From assembly GCA_963677495.2 (NCBI GenBank), contig CAXXOU010000004.1:64001-128000 (forward strand): a DNA stretch of 64,000 nt. Reading direction: 5' to 3'. This DNA is from Candidatus Cloacimonadales bacterium. GTDB lineage: Bacteria; Cloacimonadota; Cloacimonadia; Cloacimonadales; JAFGVF01. The notes beneath the pieces were generated by a model. That model saw only the letters and a program-made list of their open reading frames with translations. It searched no databases and was not told the DNA's origin. A program made the translations under genes and the position numbers. This document shows, piece by piece, positions 8,950-19,500 of this stretch (position 1 is its first letter; every line of letters starts with the position of its first letter).

Positions 8950-10767
8950 CTACTTCTTAATCTCATAATTAGTAAGATCATAAAGCATCTCTTCGTCCCA
9001 TTCCTGAGGTTGCCAGGTTCTTACATATATCATTGGTTCTTTACCTTTAAAATCGACCAGAAGGAAAAGGTATCCTTCATCAGAGTAACCGGTAGATGCA
9101 TATTGCTGACGCATGGAGATACCATAAACATCATCGTCATCATTCTTTTGCTTTATTTCTGAGGAGTTGAAACCAACATGAATGTCTTGTTGACCTTTGA
9201 AGATATCTGTCTGGCGAAGGATAAATTGTTCCTTATCCATTTTGGTGTACTCTATATCAGGTTGGTTTTCTCTTGTTGTTGTAACAACATCTTTATGAAG
9301 TCTCGTTTTAGGCATAGTTCTGCCAACAATGATAACAGCATCATCGGAGAATATCTTCTTTAAAGTGTTTATATCCTTATTTAAGTATGCTGAACGGTAT
9401 TTTTCAAGGAATTTAACGAGGATATGTCTTCTTTGGTAGATATCAATATAGTCTTGCTTGAACTTAGATGCATAATCGCTGAATAGTTCATTGAAAACTG
9501 TGAAATTAACGTCCTGCAGATTGCCTGAGTTATCAAAATCAAGAACTATGTATTCTGTAGTATGTTTATTGATAGTGGGGTAACTGCACATTACAGGTAT
9601 ACTTCTAACTTCCCAACCTTCAAATGTCTTAAGTATTTCTGCTTCTACTTTCTCATCAAGTACAGTAAGGTGGTTATTTTTGACCATCTCAGATAACTTT
9701 TTCTGAAGGAATGCATCATTAGTAAACGACTGAACATCAAGCCCTGATTTAAACCAGTTCACTAAATTGCCTGTTGAGTTAATGATTTCCCTTTCTACAG
9801 TACATTTCTCATCACAAACAAGTCTAACTTTTACATCTTTAGAATATGCTTTACGTCTTTTCTTCAAGTTTGTTTTGGAAAACCTTATGGTTTTGATTGA
9901 TTCATCATCATATACAGGTTTGTGTACTGCATACCAGAGTTGTTCAACATCTTTAAACTGCTGTTTCCTCTCACTAAACATATATTCGATTGAGACATCT
10001 AATGTTCTATAACTTGTTGCTGCACCTGTTAGATGACAAGTAGCGATTCCACCATTTGCAACAATAGTTACATCGTCATTGTCGTCTTCATAAGTAAATT
10101 CCAGCGATTCAACAGGTTTACCTTTATATAAAACACTAAACCTTACATCTCTAACATCATCTTGAGGGCACACATCATCTAAGTATTCGAATTTAATCCC
10201 GGAAAGTATAGATTTAATACGTTCAGGAATCTTTGTTGTGAGTTCATCTGCTTTGTATGTTACACTGCCTGTGGGTAATGAATTGATTAGAATTGATGCA
10301 TAGTAATACATCTGTAGTGCTGTTGACAAATTAAGCTCTTTCTCACTCTGCTTAGCACTGTCATAAATACTGCAAATAACTCGTTTTCTATCATCATAAA
10401 GAGTATTTAAGGAGTTTTTATGGATGTAGTAGAGCACGTAATAGTTCTTTTTTCTATTTCTCTCAATAATTGGAGTTAGGTTATTCAGTGTTATTGTAGA
10501 GTATGTACTGATAATTTTCTTGATACTCTCATCAGCATTTCCATTCTTTTCAACCGCTTTTGAGAAAGTATCTGTTTGTACATTGATGCTTATATTCTCT
10601 GATAAGTTTGCTAAAGCCATATCTTTAGCTTCTTTCTTATCTCGAATCCTTTCGTCGAAGGTCACTTCACCATAGAAATAGTTCCCGGATCTCTTAATCT
10701 CGTCAACAGAAACAGCTGATAATAGGCAAATTGATAATAACAAAAACAGAAAAAAAATTCTCTTCAT
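8950..10767 (-). CDS. Secreted LPP20-like domain protein with C-terminal NTF2-like domain
   Basis: Signal peptide; YYGE..EAKDMALANLSENISINV; C-terminal YRSAYLNKDI..IFSDDAVIIVG and GYSDEGYLFL..IYVRTWQP. Confidence 0.6.
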   Translation of the reverse strand: MKRIFFLFLLLSICLLSAVSVDEIKRSGNYFYGEVTFDERIRDKKEAKDMALANLSENISINVQTDTFSKAVEKNGNADESIKKIISTYSTITLNNLTPIIERNRKKNYYVLYYIHKNSLNTLYDDRKRVICSIYDSAKQSEKELNLSTALQMYYYASILINSLPTGSVTYKADELTTKIPERIKSILSGIKFEYLDDVCPQDDVRDVRFSVLYKGKPVESLEFTYEDDNDDVTIVANGGIATCHLTGAATSYRTLDVSIEYMFSERKQQFKDVEQLWYAVHKPVYDDESIKTIRFSKTNLKKRRKAYSKDVKVRLVCDEKCTVEREIINSTGNLVNWFKSGLDVQSFTNDAFLQKKLSEMVKNNHLTVLDEKVEAEILKTFEGWEVRSIPVMCSYPTINKHTTEYIVLDFDNSGNLQDVNFTVFNELFSDYASKFKQDYIDIYQRRHILVKFLEKYRSAYLNKDINTLKKIFSDDAVIIVGRTMPKTRLHKDVVTTTRENQPDIEYTKMDKEQFILRQTDIFKGQQDIHVGFNSSEIKQKNDDDDVYGISMRQQYASTGYSDEGYLFLLVDFKGKEPMIYVRTWQPQEWDEEMLYDLTNYEIKK

Positions 10768-10854
10768 TCCTCACCCCTTGAATATATATAGTTCAAAATT
10801 AGAAAACAGAATTATTCAGGCAAGAAATAATGAAGCAAAATAAACAGAGAAATA

Positions 10855-10882
10855 AAAAAAGGCCGACATTTCTGCCGACCCT
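10855..10882 (-). terminator. Intrinsic terminator after tatD
   Basis: Minus strand GGGTCGGC-AGAAAT-GTCGGCC followed by a T run. Confidence 0.6.
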
Positions 10883-10906
10883 GGTTTATATTACCACATA
10901 GAAGAT

Positions 10907-11656
10907 TTATAATCTAAAGAACTTATTTGCATTAAGATATGTTATCTCAGCAATCTGTTTTGGAGACTGACCTCTTATCTCAGCAATCTTTTGTACAATA
11001 TACGGTAGGTAGGTCGGATCGTTTCTTTCACCTCGATGGGGAACCGGTGCTAAGTATGGGGAATCAGTTTCGACAAAGAAGGAGTCGTTGGGAACCATTC
11101 TAATTACATCAGCAAGGGTGCTCTTCTTGAATGTTATGTTTCCACCAAAAGCCATTTTCCAACCCTCTTTAAGAACCTCTTCTGCAAATATCACATCTCC
11201 ACTGAAGCAGTGGAAAAGTACGTCTTTAGCTTTAGTCTCTCTTAATATCTCAAGACAGTCATCATGAGAGTCTCTATTATGCACAACGATTGGTAAATCA
11301 TATTCCTGGGCAAGGAGTATCTGCTCTTCAAAAACACGTCTTTGAATATGACGTGGGGAGATATTACGGAAGTAATCGAGACCTATTTCACCGATAGCAA
11401 CCACTCTTTTATTACGGGCTAGTTCTTTAATCGCTTCAGCGTCATAATCTGTCGCATCGTGAGGATGAAAGCCCACAGTAGCATATATGAAGGGGTACTT
11501 CTCAGCTAGTGCAACTGAGTTTTCTGAAGTCTCTTTATTGAAACCAATATTTATGATTCTTGTAATTCCCGACTCTAGGCAGCCCTCGATGATTTCTTCT
11601 CTATCGTCATCGAAATCAGGTAAATCAAGATGGGCATGAGTTTCGAAAATTTCCAT
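10907..11656 (-). CDS. tatD: TatD family deoxyribonuclease
   Basis: ETHAHL, GFHPH, AIGEIGLDY, VHNR, FHCFSG, ETDSPYLAP. Confidence 0.93.
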   Translation of the reverse strand: MEIFETHAHLDLPDFDDDREEIIEGCLESGITRIINIGFNKETSENSVALAEKYPFIYATVGFHPHDATDYDAEAIKELARNKRVVAIGEIGLDYFRNISPRHIQRRVFEEQILLAQEYDLPIVVHNRDSHDDCLEILRETKAKDVLFHCFSGDVIFAEEVLKEGWKMAFGGNITFKKSTLADVIRMVPNDSFFVETDSPYLAPVPHRGERNDPTYLPYIVQKIAEIRGQSPKQIAEITYLNANKFFRL

Positions 11657-11776
11657 TTATTCCTCCGAATTATTATTCTTTGCCCCAAAATTTTTTATAA
11701 TGGAAATCTGTCAAAACAAAAATAACTGTATTGGTAAAAGGTACCATTACAGTTAATTAGATAATGCCAAAAGTTC

Positions 11777-12175
11777 TTATTGATTTGCTACGATTTCTAC
11801 TTTAATACGATTAGGGTCTTCAAAGAAGAGGGCATAATAACCGATTCCACCTGCATATGGATGTTTATCTTCATATAGAATTTTCATCCCTTTCTTTCTA
11901 ACACTCTCAGTGAATGTATCAACATCTTTCCTGGTTGCAACATGAAATGCTATATGATTTAATCCGGCATGGCATCTATGATAAGAATTCTCTCTAAACC
12001 TATCTTCAGTTTGAACGAATACTATGTAAGTATCTCCAAGTTTGAAGCTAAAACCGGAATCCCAGTCTTGAAACAACTTGTAGTTTAGTTTAGAGAGAAA
12101 CCATGACCAGAAAGCTTTAGTAGACTTTAAGTCATTTACGTATATCTCAATATGGTGAATTGTTCCGTTAACCAT
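11777..12175 (-). CDS. VOC/glyoxalase family protein
   Basis: IHHIEIYVNDL, GLNHIAF, FFEDPNRIKVEIV; second ATG chosen because it overlaps the upstream stop. Confidence 0.88.
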   Translation of the reverse strand: MVNGTIHHIEIYVNDLKSTKAFWSWFLSKLNYKLFQDWDSGFSFKLGDTYIVFVQTEDRFRENSYHRCHAGLNHIAFHVATRKDVDTFTESVRKKGMKILYEDKHPYAGGIGYYALFFEDPNRIKVEIVANQ

Positions 12176-12635
12176 CCATTTTCCCATTTAACTCTGAGAG
12201 ATCAAACCAAGTATATACGCCCTGAAGTTTTTGTAACTCACCTTCTAAAATCTCTTCATGATAGCTTTCTTCACGTGCTAATTCAAGAAATGTTATCTCC
12301 TGCTCTTGAGCTTTATACATCTCTGCTAGTTCGCGATAGCTTTTTTGCATATCAGCTTCAACTTCCATCCCATATCTAATAACATCTGCAGGATCATGAA
12401 AATCTGTTCTACCTTTGAACTCCTCATTATCCTCAAAGTTCATTATTGTAAATTCAGGAAATTCATTAAAGTAGATTGTCTTCAATTTCTCAAAATGACC
12501 ATGCTCAAATTGTGCTAGTCTTTCAAAAGTTGATTTCATATCCTGACGAGTAGATAAATCCGCCAGTTTCTGATAAAACTTAGTTGCTTTTATTTCATTT
12601 CCCATTGCGAGCAATAGAACATCTTTCTTCGTCAT
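12168..12635 (-). CDS. Ferritin-like/rubrerythrin-domain protein
   Basis: E..A..FY, EHGH, E....SY, EESYH di-iron motifs; RBS AAGGGG before ATG 12635. Confidence 0.82.
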   Translation of the reverse strand: MTKKDVLLLAMGNEIKATKFYQKLADLSTRQDMKSTFERLAQFEHGHFEKLKTIYFNEFPEFTIMNFEDNEEFKGRTDFHDPADVIRYGMEVEADMQKSYRELAEMYKAQEQEITFLELAREESYHEEILEGELQKLQGVYTWFDLSELNGKMDG

Positions 12636-12750
12636 ATTCGTCCCCTTGATGTCAAAGTAATAGTTATATATTAAGCAGTCTGTCTTTATCTGCAAAGATT
12701 AATCCTAATTATTTTTAACATTGTAAAAGCTATCATTTCAAAAGAAATAG

Positions 12751-12779
12751 TTAGTAATAAATGCTTATCAGTTTATACT
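12751..12779 (+). promoter_or_regulatory. Sigma70-type promoter with a candidate operator in the spacer
   Basis: TTAGTA-N17-TATACT; spacer ATAAATGCTTATCA is shared with the promoter at 16529. Confidence 0.5.
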
Positions 12780-12809
12780 GTTTAGTAATTCACTTAAAGG
12801 AGTAATGTT

Positions 12810-13313
12810 ATGAACATTTATGATAGAGTTATTGAACTGGAAAAAGAAACCGAGAAGTTCTATTTAAACTTATTTGATAAATGCAAAAGCTCACCTGGTA
12901 TTTCCCACATTCTCTCAATGTTGGCTAATGACCAGAAGAAGATAATAGTTGCTTACGAAAACATGAAGCTGGTTGATTCCGGTAAGAAGATAGATATTTC
13001 ATGTGAGACTCAAACCTGCATGAAAGATACTAAGCGTATATTCGAGAAGTTTAAAACTAATTTGGAGAACTTTGATTGTTCTATCAGGCAGATTAACTTC
13101 TACCAGACTGCTTTAGAGAAACAGAAAGAGATTATGAGATTGATCAAAAAGGAACTCAAAGATTCTAATGTAGATGATAGAAAAGTGATTGTTAAGAAGA
13201 TAATGCGTGAAAAAGAGAAGCATGTACTCATACTGGAAAATCTTGTTGAGATGCTTCTTAATACAGAACAATGGATTGAGAATGCTGAATTCAATCATTT
13301 CGACCAATTCTAA
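12810..13313 (+). CDS. Ferritin-like/rubrerythrin-domain protein (degenerate metal sites)
   Basis: ELEKETEKFY, FYQTALEKQ, EKEKH, C-terminal WIENAEFNH; RBS AAGGAG. Confidence 0.65.
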   Translation: MNIYDRVIELEKETEKFYLNLFDKCKSSPGISHILSMLANDQKKIIVAYENMKLVDSGKKIDISCETQTCMKDTKRIFEKFKTNLENFDCSIRQINFYQTALEKQKEIMRLIKKELKDSNVDDRKVIVKKIMREKEKHVLILENLVEMLLNTEQWIENAEFNHFDQF

Positions 13314-14019
13314 GCTACTGATCTTATTCTTTACTCTCATTACTTTGAGTTGTAAAGGGATGGATTCTAACAAAGGAGAAGAGATGAATCTTGTCGATAT
13401 TGAAACTAAATCAGATAAATCATTAGAACAACTAGATACTCCAATATTCTGGGCTGAAGGTCATCCTGGTGCTCTTGATAGAGAGAACTGGACAATTGAA
13501 GTTACCGGTGCCTGCGAAAATCCAAAAACCTTTACATGGGACGACTTGATGGCTATGACCAAAAGAACAGCTGATGCAAGACTCACAAGTGTTACCAGAT
13601 GGTCTGTAAAAGGTGATTGGGCCGGAGTCAGGTTATCTGATATTTTAGAAGCAGTTGAGATCAAAGATAGTGCAAAGCATATCAGATTCTGGTCGCATGG
13701 AATGATTTATGATACTTCAATCCCTCTTGATATTGCAATGAAAGAGAACACCCTCATGGCTTGGGAGTTCAACGGTAACTACCTAACAGAAGATTATGGT
13801 GGACCGGTAAGAGCTTTTGTACCTTACCTTTGGGGGTATAAATCAGCTAAAAGCGTTGTAAAGATAGAGATTATGGAATACTATATCCCCGGTTTCTGGG
13901 AAAAACGTGGTTATACTGATAAAGGTGAAATAGAACCTGGTGTAATGCGTGATGTTAATGATGACTTCAAACTTAAACAGATACCGGGTGGTGAAGTTAA
14001 AGGTTTCATAGAAGAATAG
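13282..14019 (+). CDS. Sulfite-oxidase-family molybdopterin-binding oxidoreductase (MsrP/YuiH-like); start 13282 (lipoprotein LSC) or 13384
   Basis: WTIEVTGACENP, VTRWS..WAGVRLSDIL, YGGPVRAFVPYLWGYKSAK, PGFWEKRGY. Confidence 0.85.
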   Translation: MLNSIISTNSKLLILFFTLITLSCKGMDSNKGEEMNLVDIETKSDKSLEQLDTPIFWAEGHPGALDRENWTIEVTGACENPKTFTWDDLMAMTKRTADARLTSVTRWSVKGDWAGVRLSDILEAVEIKDSAKHIRFWSHGMIYDTSIPLDIAMKENTLMAWEFNGNYLTEDYGGPVRAFVPYLWGYKSAKSVVKIEIMEYYIPGFWEKRGYTDKGEIEPGVMRDVNDDFKLKQIPGGEVKGFIEE

Positions 14020-14083
14020 ATATTTTAGTTTCGGACCTACCCCGGAGCTAAGGTTCTTGTGGCGGGATCGAAACACTGTTGCA

Positions 14084-14240
14084 TGATAAGACAAACCGAC
14101 GCAGTCGGTTAAGTTCATAATTTGGACTGCATCAACTGTGTAGATGCAACAGCGTATTGACGTATTACAGCACAGATATCTGGAATGAGCAAGATACTAA
14201 ACGTGACAAGACAAACCGACGCAGTCGGTTAAATCCATAG
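14084..14240. repeat. REP-like cluster (CGCAG-loop hairpin family)
   Basis: AAGACAAACCGACGCAGTCGGTTAA twice (about 14088 and 14208) with an inverted variant between them. Confidence 0.85.
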
Positions 14241-14244
14241 GTTT

Positions 14245-16188
14245 TTATATTTCCACCTGAATTGGATGATAATATCTATATCCATCTGCCCAATATTCTT
14301 GCTTCATCTGCTCTAAAAGGTATGAATCGAAAATAGTAAAGTCAGAGAGCATATCACCATGTTTAAGGAAGTCGAAGATGTATGCTTGTAGGTCTCCTTT
14401 AAAGAACAATCCATAACCTGCTGAGAGCAGTTGCTCAATATGTAAAGGCTCGAACTCAGTGATTATTAAGTAGATTTCTGCATATTCACTAAGTAACACA
14501 AAGGTTCTATCTGTCATGTATTTCTCAGGTAATACCAGAGTCAGGATAGTAGAAATCTGTCTATCATCTTCAGAAAAAGGTGATGCATCTAAGTTAACAT
14601 AATGATTCCAGTTTATATCAATCGCTGAGGTCAGATTTATCAAGAATTGAGGGTCAAACAGTTCTTCAGACTCCAGAATAATCTCAAAGCAGTTGTTTGG
14701 TAGGTTTGCAGTCAGTTTTTGCATAGATTTAATAATCTCATCAATTCTAGGATAAACAGAAGGGACTCTGAAGTGAACAGCGCAGCTTTCGGCAAGTTCA
14801 AAGACATGACGTTCTAAAGGATGGGAGAAGTCAGTGACTAAAAGCTTATGAACAGGAAAAACTTCACCATCAAAGAAGACATTATCCTCTTTTATTCCGA
14901 CAAAATCAGTTGAAAGCAGAGCAGGTGGTAAGGGATCGAAGTTTATGTCAAAACGGTCTTCAGCATAACGAAAAGCCTTTCTCATCTCTGCTTTTGAAAA
15001 GTTAGGGATATTTTGTACATAGTAGGGAGCCTTGGGGAGATATTCAATCTCTAACTCTTTTGAACGAAGAGAGAACTCTGTGCCTGAGAGAACTGACATC
15101 TGAAACACTTGTATGTTAGAATCCATTCCTTTTTCAGCAACATAATCACAAGAGTTCATAAATCCATCCAGCGTGTCGCCCGGCAGCCCGACGATTAAGT
15201 CAATCTTACAATCTATACCGGCTTTGAGCATCTTCTGAGTATTTTCTGTCAGCTTATCAAGGTTTTGGGAACGATTCATGAGCTCCAATGCTTTCTTATT
15301 CGTACTCTGCAAACCAATCTCTATGCCCTGAAAGTTCAATTCTACCAATCTTTGAATCTGCTTATCATTCAGTAAATCCGCCCTAAGCTCTGTATGTATC
15401 TCAAGCTTATTATCAGGGTTCTCTTCTTGTATTATATCCAATATCCTATCGAAGTTCGGTTGTACATTGAAGGACGGGTCTAGCAGGAATATTTCTTTAA
15501 ATTCCATCTCCCGAGCCTTTCTAATCATCGCTCTAATATACTCTTCCGGCATCTGAATCACAGTGTCATATAATTTATTGTAATAGCAGAAGCTACATCT
15601 GAAAGGGCATCCACGCACAGTCTCAAAGAAGAGTGTAATATCGGGTTTTGTTTCTATTAATCCAAGTATATAGGGATTCTGTTCCGCTTTCATAGGAGGA
15701 CGACAAGCTGTGATTGGATTAATAACGGCTTCACCATTCTCTTTGTAGATCAAGCCTGAGATCTCTTGATAATCTTTGCAATTCAAGAAATCAACAAATG
15801 GTATCTCACCTTCGCCACTAATACCTATTTTAAACTCCTCATGGTTTAGAAGATAACTATTCTCAGCATTAACTTCAGGTCCACCAAAGATAAACTGCAT
15901 AGAAGGGAAGATTTTATGCACTTCAGATGCTATATAGAGTGTTTTCTCAATATTCCATAAATAGGTAGAAAAGCAGACTAAATCCGCATTCGAAGAGCAG
16001 ATATAGCTTATAACAGCTCTGTTGTTTAAACTGTCTGTATAAACTCGTGGCATTATCTCAAATTCCCAATCAGGACATCGAGTTTGAGCATAAGCAACGA
16101 GATATCCCGGTGCGAGATGTATATTTGCCTTGAATTCCAAAGGATTCAAGCGTGGTATTGCAAGTTGAACCATTAAAGCTTTCTTCAT
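14245..16188 (-). CDS. Cobalamin-binding radical SAM protein
   Basis: N-terminal B12-binding region (FSTYLWN, FGGPEV, GEGE); RGCPFRCSFC; EIGLQS; DLIVGLPGDT. Confidence 0.88.
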   Translation of the reverse strand: MKKALMVQLAIPRLNPLEFKANIHLAPGYLVAYAQTRCPDWEFEIMPRVYTDSLNNRAVISYICSSNADLVCFSTYLWNIEKTLYIASEVHKIFPSMQFIFGGPEVNAENSYLLNHEEFKIGISGEGEIPFVDFLNCKDYQEISGLIYKENGEAVINPITACRPPMKAEQNPYILGLIETKPDITLFFETVRGCPFRCSFCYYNKLYDTVIQMPEEYIRAMIRKAREMEFKEIFLLDPSFNVQPNFDRILDIIQEENPDNKLEIHTELRADLLNDKQIQRLVELNFQGIEIGLQSTNKKALELMNRSQNLDKLTENTQKMLKAGIDCKIDLIVGLPGDTLDGFMNSCDYVAEKGMDSNIQVFQMSVLSGTEFSLRSKELEIEYLPKAPYYVQNIPNFSKAEMRKAFRYAEDRFDINFDPLPPALLSTDFVGIKEDNVFFDGEVFPVHKLLVTDFSHPLERHVFELAESCAVHFRVPSVYPRIDEIIKSMQKLTANLPNNCFEIILESEELFDPQFLINLTSAIDINWNHYVNLDASPFSEDDRQISTILTLVLPEKYMTDRTFVLLSEYAEIYLIITEFEPLHIEQLLSAGYGLFFKGDLQAYIFDFLKHGDMLSDFTIFDSYLLEQMKQEYWADGYRYYHPIQVEI

Positions 16189-16292
16189 AATCTTCTCCAT
16201 TTAGATTAATTCATCTTTCATTCAGTTACTCTTGGGTCAAGTTTAATGTTATAAATCATCTCTGCTTTGTTACAAGTATTTATATGCAACTG

Positions 16293-16434
16293 CTATGCTC
16301 TCTTTCAACAAACGGGACTTGCCCGGGATTTGTTCAGGAATTTAGTGGGACTTTCTCGGGCAAAGCCCCGAGTGATTCCCGAGAGAGTTCCGAGAGATTC
16401 CCGTGTGTGTCCCGAGGATTGAAAGGGGGCATAG
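16293..16434. repeat. 11-bp-phased palindrome, family B (CGGGA-like x5, TCCCG-like x5) with 14/16 terminal inverted repeats
   Basis: Units at 16313,16324,16335,16346,16357 and 16366,16377,16388,16399,16410; ends CTATGCTCTCTTTCAA / TTGAAAGGGGGCATAG. Confidence 0.88.
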
Positions 16435-16528
16435 AGGAAGCCATTGTATTGAATGCAATTTGAGGATCGATAAAACAGAATTGTGACTTGTTGCTTATCT
16501 ATGTTATTATTTCTTAATAATTAATCAA

Positions 16529-16556
16529 TTGACAATAAATGCTTATCAAGCATAAT
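16529..16556 (+). promoter_or_regulatory. Sigma70-type promoter of the M6 protease gene, overlapping palindrome ATGCTT-ATC-AAGCAT
   Basis: TTGACA-N16-CATAAT upstream of GGAGG RBS. Confidence 0.55.
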
Positions 16557-16581
16557 ATTACCCTAACGATTGGAGGTATAT

Positions 16582-19500
16582 ATGAAGAAAACGTTATTTC
16601 TATTTTTTATTCTATGTCTATTCTCTGCAATAATCGCAGTTCCTGCTTCACCATACCCTTTAACAAAAGCACTCCCGGATGGTTCTGAGCTTACGATTAG
16701 GTTAATGGGTGATGAGTATGTTCATTGGGCTCAAACTGTGGATGGATACACACTTATTGAAGAAAACGGGTTCTATTTTTATGGAGTTAAGAATGGAGAA
16801 GATCTTATTAATTCCGGGATTAGGGCACATGACTTTAAGGATGCTACTGAACAGGAGTTTTGTAGGACTCACAAAACTGATTTACGGTACTCACGTCGCC
16901 AGGTGGCGGAGAAACTAGAAGCATTCCCAAAACGAAACTACAATCAACGTGTTGGTGGTTTCCCAACAACCGGGACACGAAACCTTTTAATGATTCTAGC
17001 TAATTTTAGTGATACGTCAACACTTCATGGTCAATCATCTTTTAATAACTACATGAACCAGACTAATTACAATGGTACAGGCAGTTTTAAGGATTACTAT
17101 CTTGAAAATTCGCATAATCAGCTTACAGTTAATACAACTGTAACTGCTTGGGTAAATGTAACAGGTACTCACGATTCTTATGGACCAGAAGCTCAGTGGG
17201 ATGACTTTGCTTATCATGCGATACAAGCAGCTGATGCTGCTGGAGTAGATTTTTCAACATTCGATAATGATGGCGATGGTGTAGTCGAAGGTATAGCGAT
17301 TATTCATCAAGGACCTGGGCAAGAATCTACAAGTGATACTAGTGACATCTGGTCGCACAGTTATAGTTTAGCTTATTCATATTCCAGTGCTGCGAGAACT
17401 TTCGATGGAGTTCAGGTCGGTGAATACACTGTACAACCTGAGTTAGCAGGAACTGGAACATCTATGGCTACTATTGGTGTCATGTGTCATGAATTTGGTC
17501 ATAACCTCGGAGCTCCCGATTTTTATGATACTGACTACTCAACTGGTGGACAACAAAGTGGTACAGGTTACTGGGATCTCATGGGCAGTGGAGCATGGAA
17601 TAATAATGGAGCTACACCGGCTCATCACAATGCTTATTCAAAATGGAAATATTATAACTGGATTTCTCCAACTCTGTTGACTGCAGCTTTTTCTCCAAGT
17701 CTGAATAGTTCAGTTTCCAGTACTACTGATTATTACTACTACACAACCACTACGGCAAATGAGTTTTTCCTTTTGGAGAATAGACAGCAAACAGGTTTTG
17801 ACTCCTATATTCCCGGACATGGACTGATTGTTTACCATGTTGATGAAAACTACATTGCCACTCATTTGAACTCAAATGATATTAATGCATCCTCACATCA
17901 GGGAATGTACCTAAAAGCTGCCGGTGGGTCAGTCAATGCAAGTACTTGTCCTTTCCCGGGAACTGGTTTTAAGACTAGTTTCACAGATACAAGTTCACCA
18001 AACTCTCACTCATGGTTAGGAGCAAATACTAACAAACCTATCACAAATATTAGTGAGAGTGCCGGTGTTATTTCTCTCGATTTTATGGGTGGTTCCTATG
18101 TAACTACTGCAATAACCTCTCCCAACGATGGTTCAAACCACTTTGTTGGAGACACAATAACAGTCAATGCAACCTCAACAACAACTGTTGGCTTGGTAGC
18201 TTATACAACTATTGTTGTTGCAGATGCTATGGGTACACCGATTTGGAATGACCAGGATAATACGCAACCTTGGTCATTCGATTGGAATACTACTCTTGGA
18301 CTTAGCCCGGGTCGCTATACACTGAATGTTACCGGTTATGGGACAACAGGACATACCCATTCAGATATTATCTCAGTTTATGTTAATGATGAAGGTGTTA
18401 TATTATCAGAAGGTTTTGAAGTTGGAACTATCCCAGGTGGCTGGAATGAACTAATCATTTCAGGAACTGTGGGCTGGCAATTCCTTGCCGGTAATGGTGG
18501 TTCTAATCCTCCAATGTCATCTGAAGGTTCTTTAAATGCTGTGCTTCGAGATACTGATTCAGCTGATGACAAGACCAGATTGGTAACACCACTTCTCAGT
18601 TTTGGTCAGTATACAAATAACAAAGAGATAAGCTTTGACCTTTGCCAGCAATTCTGGCCAAATGATCAAGATGAGTTTGAATTATATATGAGCGTTGATG
18701 GTGGGGCTTGGGCACTTTTGCTTGGTGTTTATACAGACATCCCAAACTGGACAACTCAAAGTATTCCAATAAATACAAGCGGGACAACTTACCAATTTGC
18801 CTTCGAAGGTAATGCAAAATATGGTTATGGTGTCTGTATAGACAATATCCAGATTACAGGTGAAGATCCAAATCCTAAACCTGCAATCAATCCTTTGCCT
18901 GTAGATATGGCTAGTGATGTTGATCCAAGTATGACATTAACATGGAATCCTGATCCAACCGGCACTGCTCCTACTGGATACAGTGTTTATCTCGATACAA
19001 GTGTAAACCCAACTACTTTAGTTTCAGTCGCGAATAGTACAAGTTTAGATACAGCATTGAATCATGGTTCGACCTACTTCTGGAAAGTTGTACCTAACAC
19101 AAGTTCAAAAGGAGATGCTCCTAACTGTCCAATCTGGTCATTTACTACAGCTAACGTTCAGCCAACTGACAATACAGGTGCGGGAGATGTTGCTCCAACT
19201 AATGAAGCTGACATCCCCGAAGGAACTGTTATAGTTATTGATGATCCAACCGAAGAACCATCCGTGCCATCAGGTACAGTTTTGCTTGAAGATGTAGTAG
19301 TTTCAGTCACTTCTTCTTCACCGGTTACACTTAGAGTAACAATTGACTTCATTGGAAATGGTACTCATGTGTACCATGTTGAGGGAGATACAAACCTTGC
19401 AGATGGTATACTCAATTGGGGTGCAGGAACAGTATGGTTTGACTATACATTTAGTGGAGCAGCTAAGGGTGATGATACTTTTGTTGTGATAGATGAAGGT

